Source: Takakia lepidozioides (Eukaryota > Plantae > Bryophyta). Taken from it: a DNA stretch of 64,000 nucleotides. A program made the translations under genes and the position numbers. Under the pieces are notes generated by a model. The model did no database searches, was not told the origin of the DNA, and saw nothing but the letters and a program-made list of their open reading frames with translations. The DNA lies in NCBI GenBank assembly GCA_030704615.1, contig CM060731.1, forward strand, positions 67,456,001 to 67,520,000, given 5' to 3'. Positions 49,962 through 63,600 of this stretch are shown here, in pieces; position 1 is the stretch's first letter; every line of letters starts with the position of its first letter.

Positions 49962-51110
49962 GTCGTTTCAGCAGCAGTCGGGTTCACACTGCATGCACGA
50001 GTGTCAAACGCTGCTACAATGGTGACCGGAGAATTTTGAGGACGATGATGAGGAGGAGGAAGATGGAGACAGGTGGACAATTGCCCGTACGAAAGTAATC
50101 ATCCGGTACATGACAGAAATCATCCGGTGCAATCGATTAAAATATTTATTTAGAAGTTCAAATTTGAATTTTGAATCGATGTGTGACGATCGATGCATCT
50201 ATGTGGAGGTGTCATATCTTGGTGATGATGGATGCCTGTGTTACATCAGTGATGTGCATCTCCGGGATGATGGCTGTGTGACATAGAACATGTTCAACAT
50301 GCATGGCTGTGTGACATGATTCATGTATGACGGGTTTGAAGCGGCGATGGAGGCGGGCGGCGGGCGGTGGGTGGGCGGGGCGGGCGGATGGGGAGCGATG
50401 CGTCGCGGCGACCGTGATCAACGCAGGAGCCGCCATGGGGGTGAGGGCCACATAGGCAGCCCCGCTGATGGCGCATTAAACTCCAGGGCCTCTTCTATTA
50501 CTTGCCTTAGTTTGTTATAATCTCCCCGAATGCAATGGTAATTTGCCTATATTTTTGACATGACATGGATCTAGTAGCACATAGGTTCATCCCCATGGAT
50601 AATTGGGTAAGAAGTTACACCCTCGTCCATAAATAAGGATGCACCCTTTCTAGTGGGCCCACCAAAAAATAGCTCGTCCTTTAAGGGTTAACAAGTACCC
50701 AAAAAAAAAAAAAAAAAAACAACAAGTATGAACGCATGTTTAAAAGATGCTTGAAGATCGCGGGCGGGAACTTCCGGACCCCGGATTCCCGGAAGCGTCG
50801 GTCTCCGACCTCCTACAGCCGGTCACCCTCTTCCCGATCGGAGAGCATGTGGAAAGGGAATTGGAGAGGAAGCGCGAGGACTGATACGTCCGTTGGAGGC
50901 CTGCGTGATGAGTGCGTTGCGGAATCTGATTTTGAATTTCGGATGGAGGAGGTAAGGTATTTCATGTTCTGATATCTTTGTACTGAATGGACTGCGTGCT
51001 TCCTGATGTCAGCCAATCCAGCATCTGCAAGTTTGAGCAATGATCTTCTCATGGAGGCTGATGGACCATGGTAGCGGTTCTAGTGGCAGGGGTTCACTTA
51101 ATCAGGTCTG

Positions 51111-54100
51111 ATGGAGAAATTTGTTACTACAGGCCCGTGTAATGCCGCATTGATGGAGGGAGTTGAGGTTAGATCAGCAACAATCGAGGAGGAGAAGTGG
51201 CTGGATACGCAGGAGCAGCAGTCGCTGGCCGAGGGGCAGTGGCTGGCAATGCAGGCCGAGTCTTTGGAAGGCAGACGGGCAGGCATTTCTCTTGGTGCAG
51301 TCCAGGAGGCGGAAGTGGCCGCAATTCCTGAGGAGGCAGAGGTAAGAGCATGGGATCTGGATTTTTTTGATCAACTCCTTGTTCAGCTTCATGTTTGATA
51401 ATGGTATAACTGCCCGTCTAAGAGGAGCTCTGTTGAACCTCTCTATTTGAGCGTATCTCATAAGGTTATGATTCATCTGCAAGCATCGTCTCATTAGTTC
51501 TTAGCAACCTGGAGGTTCTGGAAGTTTGGTTTCTTTGTTCTGCCTGGGAATGCTGTATTTTTTTTTCATCCGGGTGTACAGAGATAAGCAATCCCAGAAG
51601 CCGAGGAGGCTCAAGAAAGAATGTTGTTACAAAATAACTCTTTCACAACCCCGTGATACAGGGTGCAATTATTTAATCTTGATAGGGACCTCACTTATGT
51701 CCATGCTTCTTCCCACATACGTTTTCCAGTTTGAGAAATCCTTCTACAGGTAGCATTAGAAGGAAGCTCCTCTAATTTTGTATGGCTGGTTGCGTCCTAG
51801 TTAAAGATGGCAAAGTTTTTGAGGTTGATGGAGCAAAGGTTTCTTTTGAGGTGAGGACAGATTTGTACATTATCAGGCTTTCTGCTTGTGCACGCATTGC
51901 AGAGTTTTAACAGGGATCAAGAGCTCGAATTATGGGTGAAGGCTCAACATGAGGTTTGCAGAAATACTCTCTTTCTCTCTACCTGCATTAGGTTTATTAA
52001 CATGAGCGCATCAATCTTGATGATTCTCAGTGTATCCATGAAGTGAAGCTAAGCAAAGGCACTTGATGTGCTCTCTCTCTCTCTCTCTCTTCGAAACCCT
52101 GGTGGATGCGTATCCCACAAAAGCCTCTGGTAGGGTTAGTTTCCCGCAGGGTCAATGGCCGCGAGGGTATAACAAGCCAACGGTTGCAGGGAATGACATG
52201 AAGTACACACACTCTCTCTCTCTCTAGGCTACGGCAAACAACGTCTTATGAGTACATTCTCTCTCTCTCTCTCTCTCTTCACATTGGGTGGACTTGAAAC
52301 GGGAGTACATTAATGTCTCTGTGACTAAATGCCGGCCTTGTGACCTCGTGTCCTTGTTTGTTTCGACCTGAAGCGCTTTGCTTCAGGTAAGGTAGTGCAT
52401 TGGATTTAGTTGGAAAGCTTGGGGCCTTTCCCTCTTTAGAATATGCCTACACGGGCCATTCCCTGCAACTCCCTGGAGTGTGATCTCTGAATGGTAACAA
52501 GCGGACTCCTACCGCTTGGGGGCAGCCCCTCCGCCCAAATTGGGCAGTCGTATGCTCTGTCTAGCATACTCGGCACTTGGGCTCGGGTTGGTTCCTGTGC
52601 TTAAACTTATGGCCTGCGAAAACAATAAAATTTTTAGCTCCTATCAACATCAACACTCCTCGGGGTGATCCCTGGGAATTGGTTACTTATGCCAAATCTA
52701 GGGCTTCATGTGGAGTTTTTGGGGTGAATCCCAGGATGGACGATGTGTCCTTTAAAACTACATGCTAGCTTAGGCTTGGATTTCATGGCTAATGGTACCA
52801 TCTCGAGACTTGATAACAGGGGTACGTTGAAGGTTGCAATGACCAAAAGTGCTTCTAATAGAGTCCCACATCAATTCGATCTCAAAGAAGTTCGTCCCTT
52901 GACTGGCTGGAGAGCGGTCTTAGACATTGGTGATTCAATGGGGCGCTCTAGGAAGACAACCAAGGGCAACAACTTCAACTTGAGAGTTTCTAATCGGTTT
53001 GATGCTCTGGATGAGGTTGAATCCAAACAGCCAGAAGGACAAGATGCCCCTAAGTGTACGGAACCTGAACGCCTGAATCTGAAGGATTTGGTACTCTGAA
53101 TGGTTTACCAATCCTCAAGGTTTACACAAGACGAACAAATTCTATACACGGGGTAATTGTCCCCAAGCCGTCAAATGGACAATCTGTCCCTAAGTGTGCA
53201 GAGCCTGAACATCGTGTAACTGAAGGATTTGGTACTCTAAATGGTTTACCAATCCTCAAAGTCTACACAAGACGAGCAAAATCTATACACGGGGTAATTG
53301 TCCCCAAGCAGTCTGACGGACAATCTGCCCCTATGTGTGCGTCGTGTAACTGAAAGATTTGGTACCCTGAATGGTTTACCAATTCTCAAAGTTTACACAA
53401 GACGAGCAAAATCTACACATGGGGTAACTGTCCCCCCTTTGCAGAACGGTTGGCCGTCCAGGAGCAATCACAAGCTACCTAGACGACAAACAATTCACAC
53501 GCAAAGGGCTGGCTTGCGGCTGGCCACTTTCAACTTCTCAGGGTTGACCAACCAAAGGAAACAACTTGAAGTGGGACAAGTTCTTTGGACTAATGATATT
53601 CATATCTGTGCTGGGCAAGAAACATGGGAAACGTCGGATAAACTGGTTGGAGATGTCATTGGTTATAATAAATGGGCAGGTAAGATGTGTACTCTCAAGG
53701 CAGCCTCTGCCAAACGTGGTCAAAAAGGGGTCGGATTCTTTGTCCGTGATTTCTTGTTTGACAATTGTGAAATTATCAACAAGGGTTTGAGGTACGAGCA
53801 TAGTATCTGGCTAAAACTGAATTTGAAGGGCGGCATGAGTACAAAGGACCTCTTTGTTGGTTGTGTTTACATGCCCACAGAGGGGACCCTTAGTGCTGAC
53901 GCAGACAAGGCCTTCGAAGATGTAAAGCTGGACTGTGCTTCGTTCCTTGCCAAAGGTCAGGTGGTACTATTGGGGGACTTCAATGCCTGGGTGGGCAAAG
54001 GGATCCATCAGGACGATATCATTGGACCTTTTGGTGAGGACGAGCTGAATTTAATGGCAGACGGTTAATTAACTGTCTAGAAGAGCTTCAGCTTTTGACC

Positions 54101-57100
54101 TTGAATAACAGGACAAGAGGTGACCAAGTGCAGTGGACTTGCTCAAGGATGTACTGTCTCCCCTCTGCTCTTCAATGTTTTCATCAATCAACTCCTTGAG
54201 GATGTGGAAAGTGAGGGATTTGGGTAAAGGGTGGGTGATACCACCATACCAGCCCTTATGTTTGCGGATGACTTCGCAGGCATAGGGGAGACTCCAACCA
54301 ATCTCCAGGAGTTGATTGATTGCGTGAAGAGATACTTTGATCTTTGGGGGCTAGAGGCTAATGTCAGCAAATGTGCAGTGGTAGCATTCAACGACAGAGG
54401 AGAGGGAGGAAGTGATCTTAAGTGGCAGTGGGGTAGCCAAGAGATCCCGGTCCTCCCTTCCTACACTTACCTGGGCGTTGAGTTCTCCTCCAATTGTAAT
54501 TGGGATGCACATATCCGGAAAGTTGTTCAAACTGGCAAGGGCAAAGCTCTGGGGCCCACTAAATTTTTCCACTGCAGAGGGGTCAACTCGGGGTGAGTTT
54601 GGCATTCCGTCCTTAAGCTCCCGACGAGATGAATTCAAGGTCAGATGGTGGGGTCAGCTGCAACATATGCCCAACACCAGATATCCTAAGTTAATCGACT
54701 CTATATCTTGGAAACAGGACCGCCCTGTCAAACAGGCTAAGTCCTGGCAGAAGAGAGTAGAAGAGATCCTCATGGACCTGGACCTGGATCCGCAAGTCTT
54801 GACCCTGCTGGATAAATCTGACTTAGATGCTGTAGTGTCCTCAGCCATGTCTGTTGCCATGAGATTGTCTGATGAAATTGAAGTTAGGCAGAAAACTTCC
54901 CTGAACTTGTTTCCAGTCTGTGACATGGGGGAGGACATCTTGGATGACCTCAAGGGTCTACCCACTCTCGGCACTAGACTGAAATTTAAACTCAGGGCAG
55001 GAAGCCTACCTTTGAACAGCAAACAGAAGCAGAGAGGAAAGGGAGAGTGCAATTGCCCTTTGTGTGGGCAATCTGAAGACAGTATTCATTTTCTGATACA
55101 CTGTCCGGGGTTCTCTCACCAAAGAGACGCTCTCTTCAAATCTGAAGGGAATTGTGCCTGTACCCCTGTTTACCAACTTTGAAAGTCTCGAGGCTGAGCC
55201 AAAAGCCCAGGCCCTCCTGAGGCCTAGTTTTTGGGCAAATCACACACAGCAGATTGATGCTTGTGTGAAGGGATTTCTAGAGGATATCTGGAAATCCCGG
55301 ATTAATTCTTTATATGGAGGTAAGTCTTACTACCAACGTCAGCTGGTGCAAATGATTGCGTCCATCTTGATGCAGTGGTTTTTTCTGGAGGTTGGCACTT
55401 TGAACAACTCCTCAAAATTCTCAGCTTTTTGTATGAAATTTGGAAAGGAGTCTCCCTTGCTCCGTAAATAGCGAATGTCATCCCATGGATAACATTTTTG
55501 TCCACTCAGTGCATACACAAAGTACTAAGCTGCTGCCAACTAGGCTGTCTGTAATTTAAGAAATTAATAGAACAGTCTGGTGCACATATGAGATAGTGAA
55601 AGCAAGTTGGCAAGAATTGTATCCTTACCAGTGCTCAGGGAGGCTACCTGGAGATTTGAATGATGCTTTCCTTACCAGTAAATGTCTGTGTGGACACTGT
55701 TTATCTTCTGAGGTCACACAGTACTAGCTGCATACCAACTAGGCTGTGTTTCTTAAGACTGTTAATAGAACAAGAATGGTATCCACAGTTGGTCGAGGAG
55801 GCTGCTTGGAACTTGGAATGATACTTTCATAACCAGTAGAGTAAGTGCAAGTAGAACCATCAACCTTGGCATAACCATACCATGTAAATTCATAGTTCCG
55901 CTCAAATGGCCTATGCATAGAGACTGGCATCTTATATGACAGATTTACTCAAATGCAAAGGCTTGTTACAGGCTCTGTGTGTGGTGGAAGCTGAAAACTT
56001 GAAAGCATTGGAGGAAGCAAGGAACGAGGAAGTGCAAGAAGTTTCTGACGTTGAAGAAAGTCGTAGTCATCATATGATGAGAGTCCTGCAGGATGGGTAT
56101 GGACGATCTGTGGTACCAATTCTAGTGACTTAAGTAAAAATCATAAGTGGATGGTAGTTAGTGCACTGTGATTGGTTTAGCCTTGTCACATTGCATCTGC
56201 CGCTTGCTGTGTCTTAACAACCTAGCATCAAGATTTTATTAGGCGCTAATTCATCGCCAGATGTTGGTGTGCAGAGCAAGGTACCTTGTGCATAAAGAAC
56301 TAGCAGAGAATGAAAGTTATCAAGAACTACTCAATGTCCAGCGATGTGCCCAAGAGCTTCTGGAGATTGTGGATCGAGGCATGACCTTGGCTGTTGAAAG
56401 AGAAAGGTATGTGAGTATCATCAATGCCTTAAGATGAATCACGTCAGTCCTCAACAGTTGGCATATGAATGGTGTGTTGTTTGCAGTGTTCTTTTCAAAC
56501 TTCTGTGACTAATTTAATGTCTTTTGCAGGATAACCATACATGACCCAGTTTGAAAGCATCCCATTGATTCTCAGTACCTGAAGCCTTTAGTGCGTCTCG
56601 TGACGTAATGTGTGACTAAGCTAGAAGCATCAATATGTAGAAGCTGTGGAGAGATCAATACACAAATTGATTGCATCACTGCTTGATTTATTTTGTGCGT
56701 GTAGGATTAGGCCTGCTGCAGGCTTCAGCATACAGTTCCAGTCTGGAGCATGAAATGCTTGATTAGGTTGACACCTTTTGCATTAAGCAAATGGTTCTAT
56801 TGTTTTGCATCTTCAGATGGTGTAAGGAAGTAGGGTGGAATATCTTTAACACAACTGATTATGTTCACTGGCTTTGCAGGCGGGCTGCAATCCAGCATGC
56901 AGCAGCCGCTACAGAGCGTCTAAGGGAGGTGGAAGCAATTGCAGAAGAAGAACGAATCCTTTTTAAGACACAGATTGCTCGTTACAGACAGGAACAGGCA
57001 GCTTTGCGTGAAGAGCTCGTAAGGCTATCACCCTGAAGATTTCACCCTCCACATTCTTGTTTTCCTTCATGGAGGCAGAGCTAGGGTGACTGTCATGGAT

Positions 57101-57787
57101 CTCTCCCTTGCCTATTAGACTCCTGTGCTGGCGGGTGCAGCTTTTACTAGTAGTTTATTTGAATTAATGTGATATGTCGTGTTCTGTACTCAGGAGAGTG
57201 AGAAGGATCGAACCACATGCCGAATTTGCTTTGCAAGGGTGAGCTACTGGCTTAAACGTGGAAAATATTTGTGACTTGCAAGCATATCATAGTCCAAACG
57301 AGCAGTGTAGGTTTGGAGTGTTATATTCTCCTTTACTTTTCTATATGTGTATGTTTTCTGCTCCATAATCCAGGTAACTCTATGTTCTGTTTCTTTTATG
57401 TGTGCAGCCTCGGGATGTGTTACCCTTACCTTGCAGTAAGTCTTGTTTTTTATCCTCTTTTCATTCAATTTGACAAAACTGAATCAGAACCCTTGCTCCT
57501 TTCTAAATGGCACTCTTAAATTGGAAGTTTGTCTTTGTTTCTTCTCTCATGATTAGCCTTCTGGGTGGCTTCTCTGTTTGTCAGTCACGTCTGCAGGAAG
57601 ATATTCTTTTGTGATGCAGTCTTCCCTTAAGATATGTAAGAATTGATCTCCTGCTGTTATGGTGTCCACAGTGCACTTCGACTACTGCAGCGTTTGCCTC
57701 GATGAACATCGGCGCCGTCGCAAGACCTGCCCAACTTGTAGAAGCCCAATCAGCGGAGTGCTGCACTACAACCTGAGGATCGGCTAG
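51111..57787 (+). CDS. Coiled-coil protein with C-terminal C3HC4 RING (BOI/SBP/IAP-like E3 ligase); 5' end uncertain
   Basis: Exons ~51111-51341, 55972-56096, 56275-56407, 56880-57018, 57194-57238, 57408-57435 and 57672-57787 splice to CRICFARPRDVLPLPCMHFDYCSVC..KTCPTCRSPISG..*. Confidence 0.75.
52280..55340 (+). mobile_element. Internally deleted non-LTR retrotransposon (APE, RT, C-terminal CCHC) in an intron of the RING gene
   Basis: APE: LATFNFSGL..AGQETW..GVGFFV..VGCVYMP..LLGDFNA. RT: QGCTVSPLLFNVFIN..LMFADD..YTYLGV. Zinc motif: CPLCGQSEDSIHFLIHC. Three ~130-bp tandem repeats lie at 53050-53430. Confidence 0.92.
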
Positions 57788-58679
57788 TTGCTCTTTCATC
57801 CACATGGTCTCGGTAGGGTCCTGGTGGGGAATCTGCCTCGTAATCATTGTATTGTTGAACTCTCAGGTTCTAAGTCCTGGACTTGCATTTCTCAATTTTC
57901 AGGTTATCAAAACAAAGCTGACACACCCATATAACCTTGTGGTTTGAAGTCTACATCGAAACCCCAGAAGACATGCACACCTGCCCCCTCCCTCTTCTTC
58001 ACAGTCTCTTGCTACTGATGTGGCTTGCATGCCTCAAGGAACATAGTGGTGCCATAAATGCCAATTCAAAGTATGCACTATTGGTAAAGCTGTGTGAAAA
58101 CACCCCTTGATGCTCACCGCGTAATTGTTCCAGGTCCTTAACCTGTAACATACAACAACATATATGGGCTTCCTTAACCAGTACAGTGGATAACCCTCCC
58201 TCACCCGGGTAGAGTGCCCTCTAACCATTTTCCTAATGAGCTTCCTTGTTTTTGAAACTGTTTTCTCTAAATTTAGCTGATGACATTGAAATCCCTCTTC
58301 TCTCCCACCCAGTTCAGCTCTCATATTGCTTAACATTTCCTGGAGCATATATCCAGATATCTCTCGTGCAAGTGCCAAGGAGGAGGGCCCCGCACTGTGA
58401 TTCCAACGTAGGGCTGGGAAGCACCCACCCGGTCTTGGCACATGCGAATCATCCTTCCCTTTTCGGATGCCGTTTTCCCAATTATTGGCTCTGTGCTCGC
58501 CATGCCGCCTCTATGTGCGGCCGGTTATACAATATGTTACTTACTTTTGTCAACATATGTGTCAGTCAGGAAGAAATTCTTTGCCACAATGAGTCTCTCA
58601 CTTAGATCTGAGGGCGGTGCAGGTGAGGCATGTGCCCCTCATGTTTACACCTTGCTTTATCGCTCTTATTATCTTTGAT

Positions 58680-58858
58680 GGAAAGGGAGATAAACCCAAG
58701 GGACCGCCTGCAAATTGGGCCCCTTGACTATCGTGAGAGGAGAAAGTATCTGAGCACAAGGCGGAGAAGATTACACCACACCACCCAGTAAGGTGGCAGG
58801 ATTTGAACACAGAATCACCTGGGTACTCCTAGTGAACTATCCAACTGAGCTACCGACT
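58680..58858 (-). mobile_element. tRNA-derived SINE-like element
   Basis: The minus strand reads gtcggtagctcagttggatag...gtgttcaaatcctgcc (A and B boxes) but does not form a proper cloverleaf. Confidence 0.6.
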
Positions 58859-60172
58859 ATTGCTGACAATATTCATGTGAAAGCGAGGTATTTAAGGGTT
58901 GTGGATAGATATAAAATAGATATGCAAGTGGATAGATATCAAATAGATATATAAACGTTTTGTGGTGGATCGTGGGTGAAGCCTAAGGCCGAGTTTCGCC
59001 AGAACTGGTTACAGTTACGGATATGGCGATACTGGGCGAAACCTCCCACTCACTTTCCTTACTTGTCCCTACAAACGGCTACGATTGAGTCGCTGGTAGA
59101 TCGAACGGCTACGGTTGCAGTGTCAAGTATCCCGCCAAAAGAGTTTGAGGACATCTTGGAGTCGACGACTCCATTGCTTGACACGTGGCAGGCATGCCTT
59201 TTCCGGCGACCGATTAGAGTCGGGAGGTGACCCGACCAATCTGGCACGTGCGATAATTACTTGACGGTAAGTGAGTTGGTGTCAGTGACATTTTCAAATC
59301 CTGCCAGTTTACTTGCGTCACTAATTAGGGCGGGGTTCTCACTGAGCGAGGAAGGTGTTACTAAATTATCTTCGTTGTGGATACGAGGCTGCTCGTTGTG
59401 GAGGCCGAGTAGTGTCGGAGCTCCTCTCCCTCCGTGCCGTCTCACTGCTTAGAAGTTAGATGCCATTGTGTGTGTGCAGATCTGTGATCTCTCCCTCACG
59501 GTGAAGCTCAATTCATGTCCTTCTCCGAGATTTTCCTTATGCTTTCTCTTTAGGATGGAATTGTCGGTTCCGATCTTTATGGCGCATCGGTCGTAATTTG
59601 ATACTGATTGCACACTCTCGTACTTCCGGCCCTAATCGACTCAGTGGCGATCGTTCAAGCTAGTTGATGGCTTCTTGGCTAAGATGTTGAGCCCCTCCTT
59701 GGTGATGTCCAACGTGACTTGAAGAGAACGTTACCTTCTTGACGTCGCATTTCTTGTGGTCCGTTTCTGTATCTCGAGATCTTCCCTCTCCCTAGAGGGA
59801 CCTATGTCGGTGTGGATCAGTGTGGCTATCTTGCGCCTCAAGTCAATTGCTACTTTGGGAGGTTTTCCTGCTGGATGACGTATCTTGTCATCTGTTGACA
59901 GGGTATGTATGTGCTCGTCTCCCCGGTTATTTCTTGAGGTTCTTCTGAGGTGCTCGAAGTTTTGTTAGCAGATCCGCGATTGGCGTGCAATTCCTTGTGG
60001 GAGGGATCAGAGTGTGAGGTATCAAAGGGCATTTCGCTTCTCTTGGCATTTTTCGAGTCTGAGGCCGCTCGGTATTGCAATTTTTTCCCAGCTTAACAGT
60101 ATAGACCGATTATGCGGATGGATAAGCGGAGGTAGCCGCAAGGGCAGGATAAAACGACTGGTCCAGGCTTAC

Positions 60173-61444
60173 ATGGAGCATGAAGGAGCCCATAGCGGGG
60201 GCGCATCAGCTCCCCCAAATTTTACGTTCGCGTTCAATGACAGCAATTTCTCAGATCGCGTGCTGCGTATTGATATCTTGGCTGGCCCACCGGACAAACC
60301 AGATGGGGTTAGCTCAAGTGCAAGGCATAAGAAACGGCGGCGGGGAGATCGCAGTACCGAGGCAGGTTCGTTCTCTTTCACTCTCACAGGACTGCAATGC
60401 TCTACAGGCAGCGGGGTGACAGTTATTGCTTGTTTATTGTCTGTGGCATGTCAGTCTATTTCCTTTCCTTATGGCACCTGCTAAGATCATTGTTATATGC
60501 TGGAAGACCTAATCACCAGAGTTATAGGCTGTCAAAGGCGATTTTAGGTTAAGTTAGGTTAGGAGGCTGCAAGGTTCAGATATGTATGATTTGAACGTTC
60601 GCCTGTCGTTGAATGCCAGCCATACGAGTGTTGGTACCACCATTCGCCTTGCGCACCGCACCATCTTTGCGTGTATCTAGATGTTGAAAGTTCCTGGGTC
60701 TTTTTGCTGAGGGTAGGTTTGTTAACACTTCTTAAGGCAGCTCAACACCTTGGAAGAGCAATTTGGAACTTCCTTGTCTCTGCATTGACAAGTGTCCTGA
60801 ATGGAACTGTATTTGCAAAGAGTGTGAGAACATCATGTGAAGTGAACGCAGTTTTAAGCTCTTTGGCATGTCAGCTGTGTCACAGCAGCACTTGATTGAT
60901 CGATTGATTTGGAAGCCAATCTTTCTTCTAAGCCGTCTTAGACCACTATAGTGGTGGACTTTTTGGTGCATGCAAGATGGCATGTTTGTCATGAGCATCT
61001 CTTATTTATATTGGAAAGCCATTTAGGGTTTGCCATTGCCTTAGAGCCATTTTCACACGACACCATCAAGAAAGAAGCAGGGAAGGAAGATTGGATGACA
61101 GAAAATCTGACACCTACTTCTCTTTCTCTTTTATCGCAAGCTTTCTCGGTTGTTATCGTACCTTACCTGCTTCTTCACAGGAAGGAAGTTTTAAATGGGT
61201 TTTCTGTTTCTCTCATCCCCTAATAGAGGAGGTTGTTCTTCGGGCTGGGCCCAGTTTTGGAGGGGGTTTCCAAGCTGCTAGGTTCCACAGAAGGACAGCA
61301 GACCGAGGGACAGGAAGAGCAGATCATGCTTGGCACTCAACATGACACTGATGATATGGCACCAAATGACTGTACTGAGGAAGAAGCTGTGGCTATGGTT
61401 GAATCACCAGGTGAAGGCAATGCCATGCTATCAAGCCCTGGAGG
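60173..61444 (+). CDS. POB1: BTB/POZ protein, POB1/LRB-like; first two coding exons, gene probably continues past the window
   Basis: Exon 60173-60365 reads PNFTFAFNDSNFSDRVLRIDIL..ARHKKRRR. Exon ~61282-61444 contains EEEAVAMVESP. Confidence 0.82.
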
Positions 61445-62717
61445 TACTTCCCTTCTCTATTACATGATGCATTCACCTGTGTCCACAAGCAAGGTGCAGT
61501 TTGTAATATTTTGTTCTTCTTTCCTTTTCTTTATTCTGTGGTAGCTCCTTGTAAAATCAATGCCCAAAACCATTCAACAGCAAGAAATTGTGACAAAACC
61601 TACACACTGTCCAAACAATTATCCTGTTCCAGACCTAGCATCATGGTAAAGGACAATCTTGTCAAGAATACCATCCTCAAAGCTTGCCATGGAAAGCTGA
61701 TAAAACCAGGCTTGAATTATAACCGATGAATAGCAACTTGAATTGGTAACCCCCCTCTCGCGTATTCTCCCACCACATAAAAGCTCGAGACAGTCCCTTT
61801 CATTGGTCAGAATGCATTTTGGACTGCAGGGCTCAGAAACCCCAGCTATTTTACTCTAAAAGGCGAAGATTTGCTGCATAGCTTGAACCACTAAGGGCAT
61901 CCAGGTGACAACCTCTAGTCTATGCTATATGAAAATTCGAGGACCAACCTTACAAAGTTCTACTTTTCTCTTAGAAAGATTAAGCTTCTGCAGCTGGAAA
62001 TGATTGTTAAGTTCAGGGGTTTTGGGCAATCTGCACCTGAAAGTAGTTGAACACTTATGGCTGTCTTCTTCGAGATTTGGTTGACCAATTGTTCCTCTCC
62101 CTGAAAAGACCTTGCTGCTACAAGCCCTCCAGGGTTTATCTAGCTCAGTGAAGGTGGTTTTCAGGAATTTGCGCCTTTCGCTTGTGCTCTGTAGACTTGT
62201 GGAACACTGTTTTGGAAAATACAGAAAAGAAGTCGGGTCAACTAAATCAGCTCAATAGCAAGCTAACACGTTGTTTACAGATTTGATCTCGAGGGTGATG
62301 CACCTTTACAAGTTAGTGTGGCAGGGGAGAATGTTCCAGTGAATAAAAATGACTAGTGAAAACTGAGGTGTTGCTTTGTGTGACCTTCAACACCTTGTCT
62401 TTGCCACCTTCCAAACTTAATGGCAGGATAAAAACATTAACCTTGCAGAGGATAAAAATATCACTCCTCTGAAAGCATGGGCTTCCTTTGACTGATGCTA
62501 TCTAGGAGTCTGAGCAGACACAGAGACAGAAATACCCAGGACTTTGTCATTGAGGGCAATGACTGATTTTGAAGGGGTAGCGAATGTCACAGCCTAGATT
62601 GGCAGAAGTCAGTTATTTGCTTAAGCAAAGCCATATACGGTAAAAGTATAATAGAGACTTCAGCAAAGGCAGAATTGCAAAAGCCTAAGAAAGGCTAGTC
62701 AGCCAAGTAAAGCAAAG

Positions 62718-63600
62718 AATGTACTCATAAGACGTTGTTTGCCGTAGCCTTGTGGCCATTGACCCCCAAGTAAAGCAAAGAGTAAGCTTGAAGAGCAAGA
62801 AAAGAGATCAGGAATAGCTAAGCCTGGAAATCATTAGAGCAAGGGGGTGAGACCTCGAGGAGTACTTACAGGCTGAGTCTAGGACAGAGAGCAGAGAGAG
62901 AACTCAAGGACAGGTGGTCGTAGAGAGAGTTACAGTTAGAGCTTGTTACTAAGAGTCTTGAGGCAGAGCAAGAGCAAGGCATACTTAGCACCAGGAGAGT
63001 GTTTTGGGAAACAAGGAGCTCCACTCTCGTCATCCACAGACTCTTAGGTTTTGGTACAGATGTTGAGGTGTCTTTCAAAGGCAAGACATTGGAGTCGATG
63101 TTGACGTAACCTGATTTTGATTGCAGCGGATGATGGTGGGCCATTCATTGGCTCATGGAACACGGAGACAGCCACAGTTCTTTGGACTAAGACAGTACAC
63201 ATTAGCTCTGCAATTTTGGCTGCAAAAAGTCCTTACTTCTATAAGGTAGGGTAAGCTTGCTCTGCTTTTCTCCAGCAACAACTCATCTACTTGTGTCCTG
63301 GCCTAGTAGACATAAATGTGGATAAGCATGAATTTCTAGCCTGTATCATGTATCACTCCACTCATGTAGATCTCATCAGTAGAGCTGCAATTACACACCC
63401 CAATGTAATCTCTTCATGTTCCCGAAGTCCATAAGAGACGTGGAAGGTGGGAAAGGGAGGAAGAGGAAGAGGACCAGCAACATTACCACCTGATGGTTAC
63501 CTGAAGCTGATGGCCTGCAGATGCTGGCCTTCCATAGCATTGACATGGAGATTAATGGCCAGATGTGAGTGCAATGAGTGATTGTAATGCAGAATCTGTA
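62718..63600 (-). mobile_element. Degenerate LINE 3' portion
   Basis: The 3' terminus gggtcaatggccacaaggctacggcaaacaacgtcttatgagtaca is on the minus strand (62722-62767). Decayed post-RT coding sequence lies upstream of it. Confidence 0.55.

Larger units (their letters stand above)
38761..50506. mobile_element. Full-length MULE (11.7 kb) with long TIRs and 9-bp TSD
   Basis: The TIR GGCAAGTAATAGAAGAGGCCCTGGAGTTTAATGYGCCATCRGCGGGGCTGCCTAYGTGGCCCTC is at both ends. The TSD TTAGTTTGT is at 38752-38760 and 50507-50515. Confidence 0.96.
38035..50687. mobile_element. Non-autonomous piggyBac-like (TTAA) element hosting the MULE
   Basis: TTAA|CCCCTAAAGGACGAC at 38031-38049 and CTCGTCCTTTAAGGG|TTAA at 50673-50691. 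About 0.9 kb remains after removing the nested MULE. Confidence 0.6.

Noticed and set aside
50736-50951. First coding exon of the RING gene
   Set aside because: The donor at 50952 could not be joined in phase to the next exon without a stop.
58790-58858. tRNA gene
   Set aside because: A and B boxes are present but the acceptor and anticodon stems do not form; treated as a SINE head.
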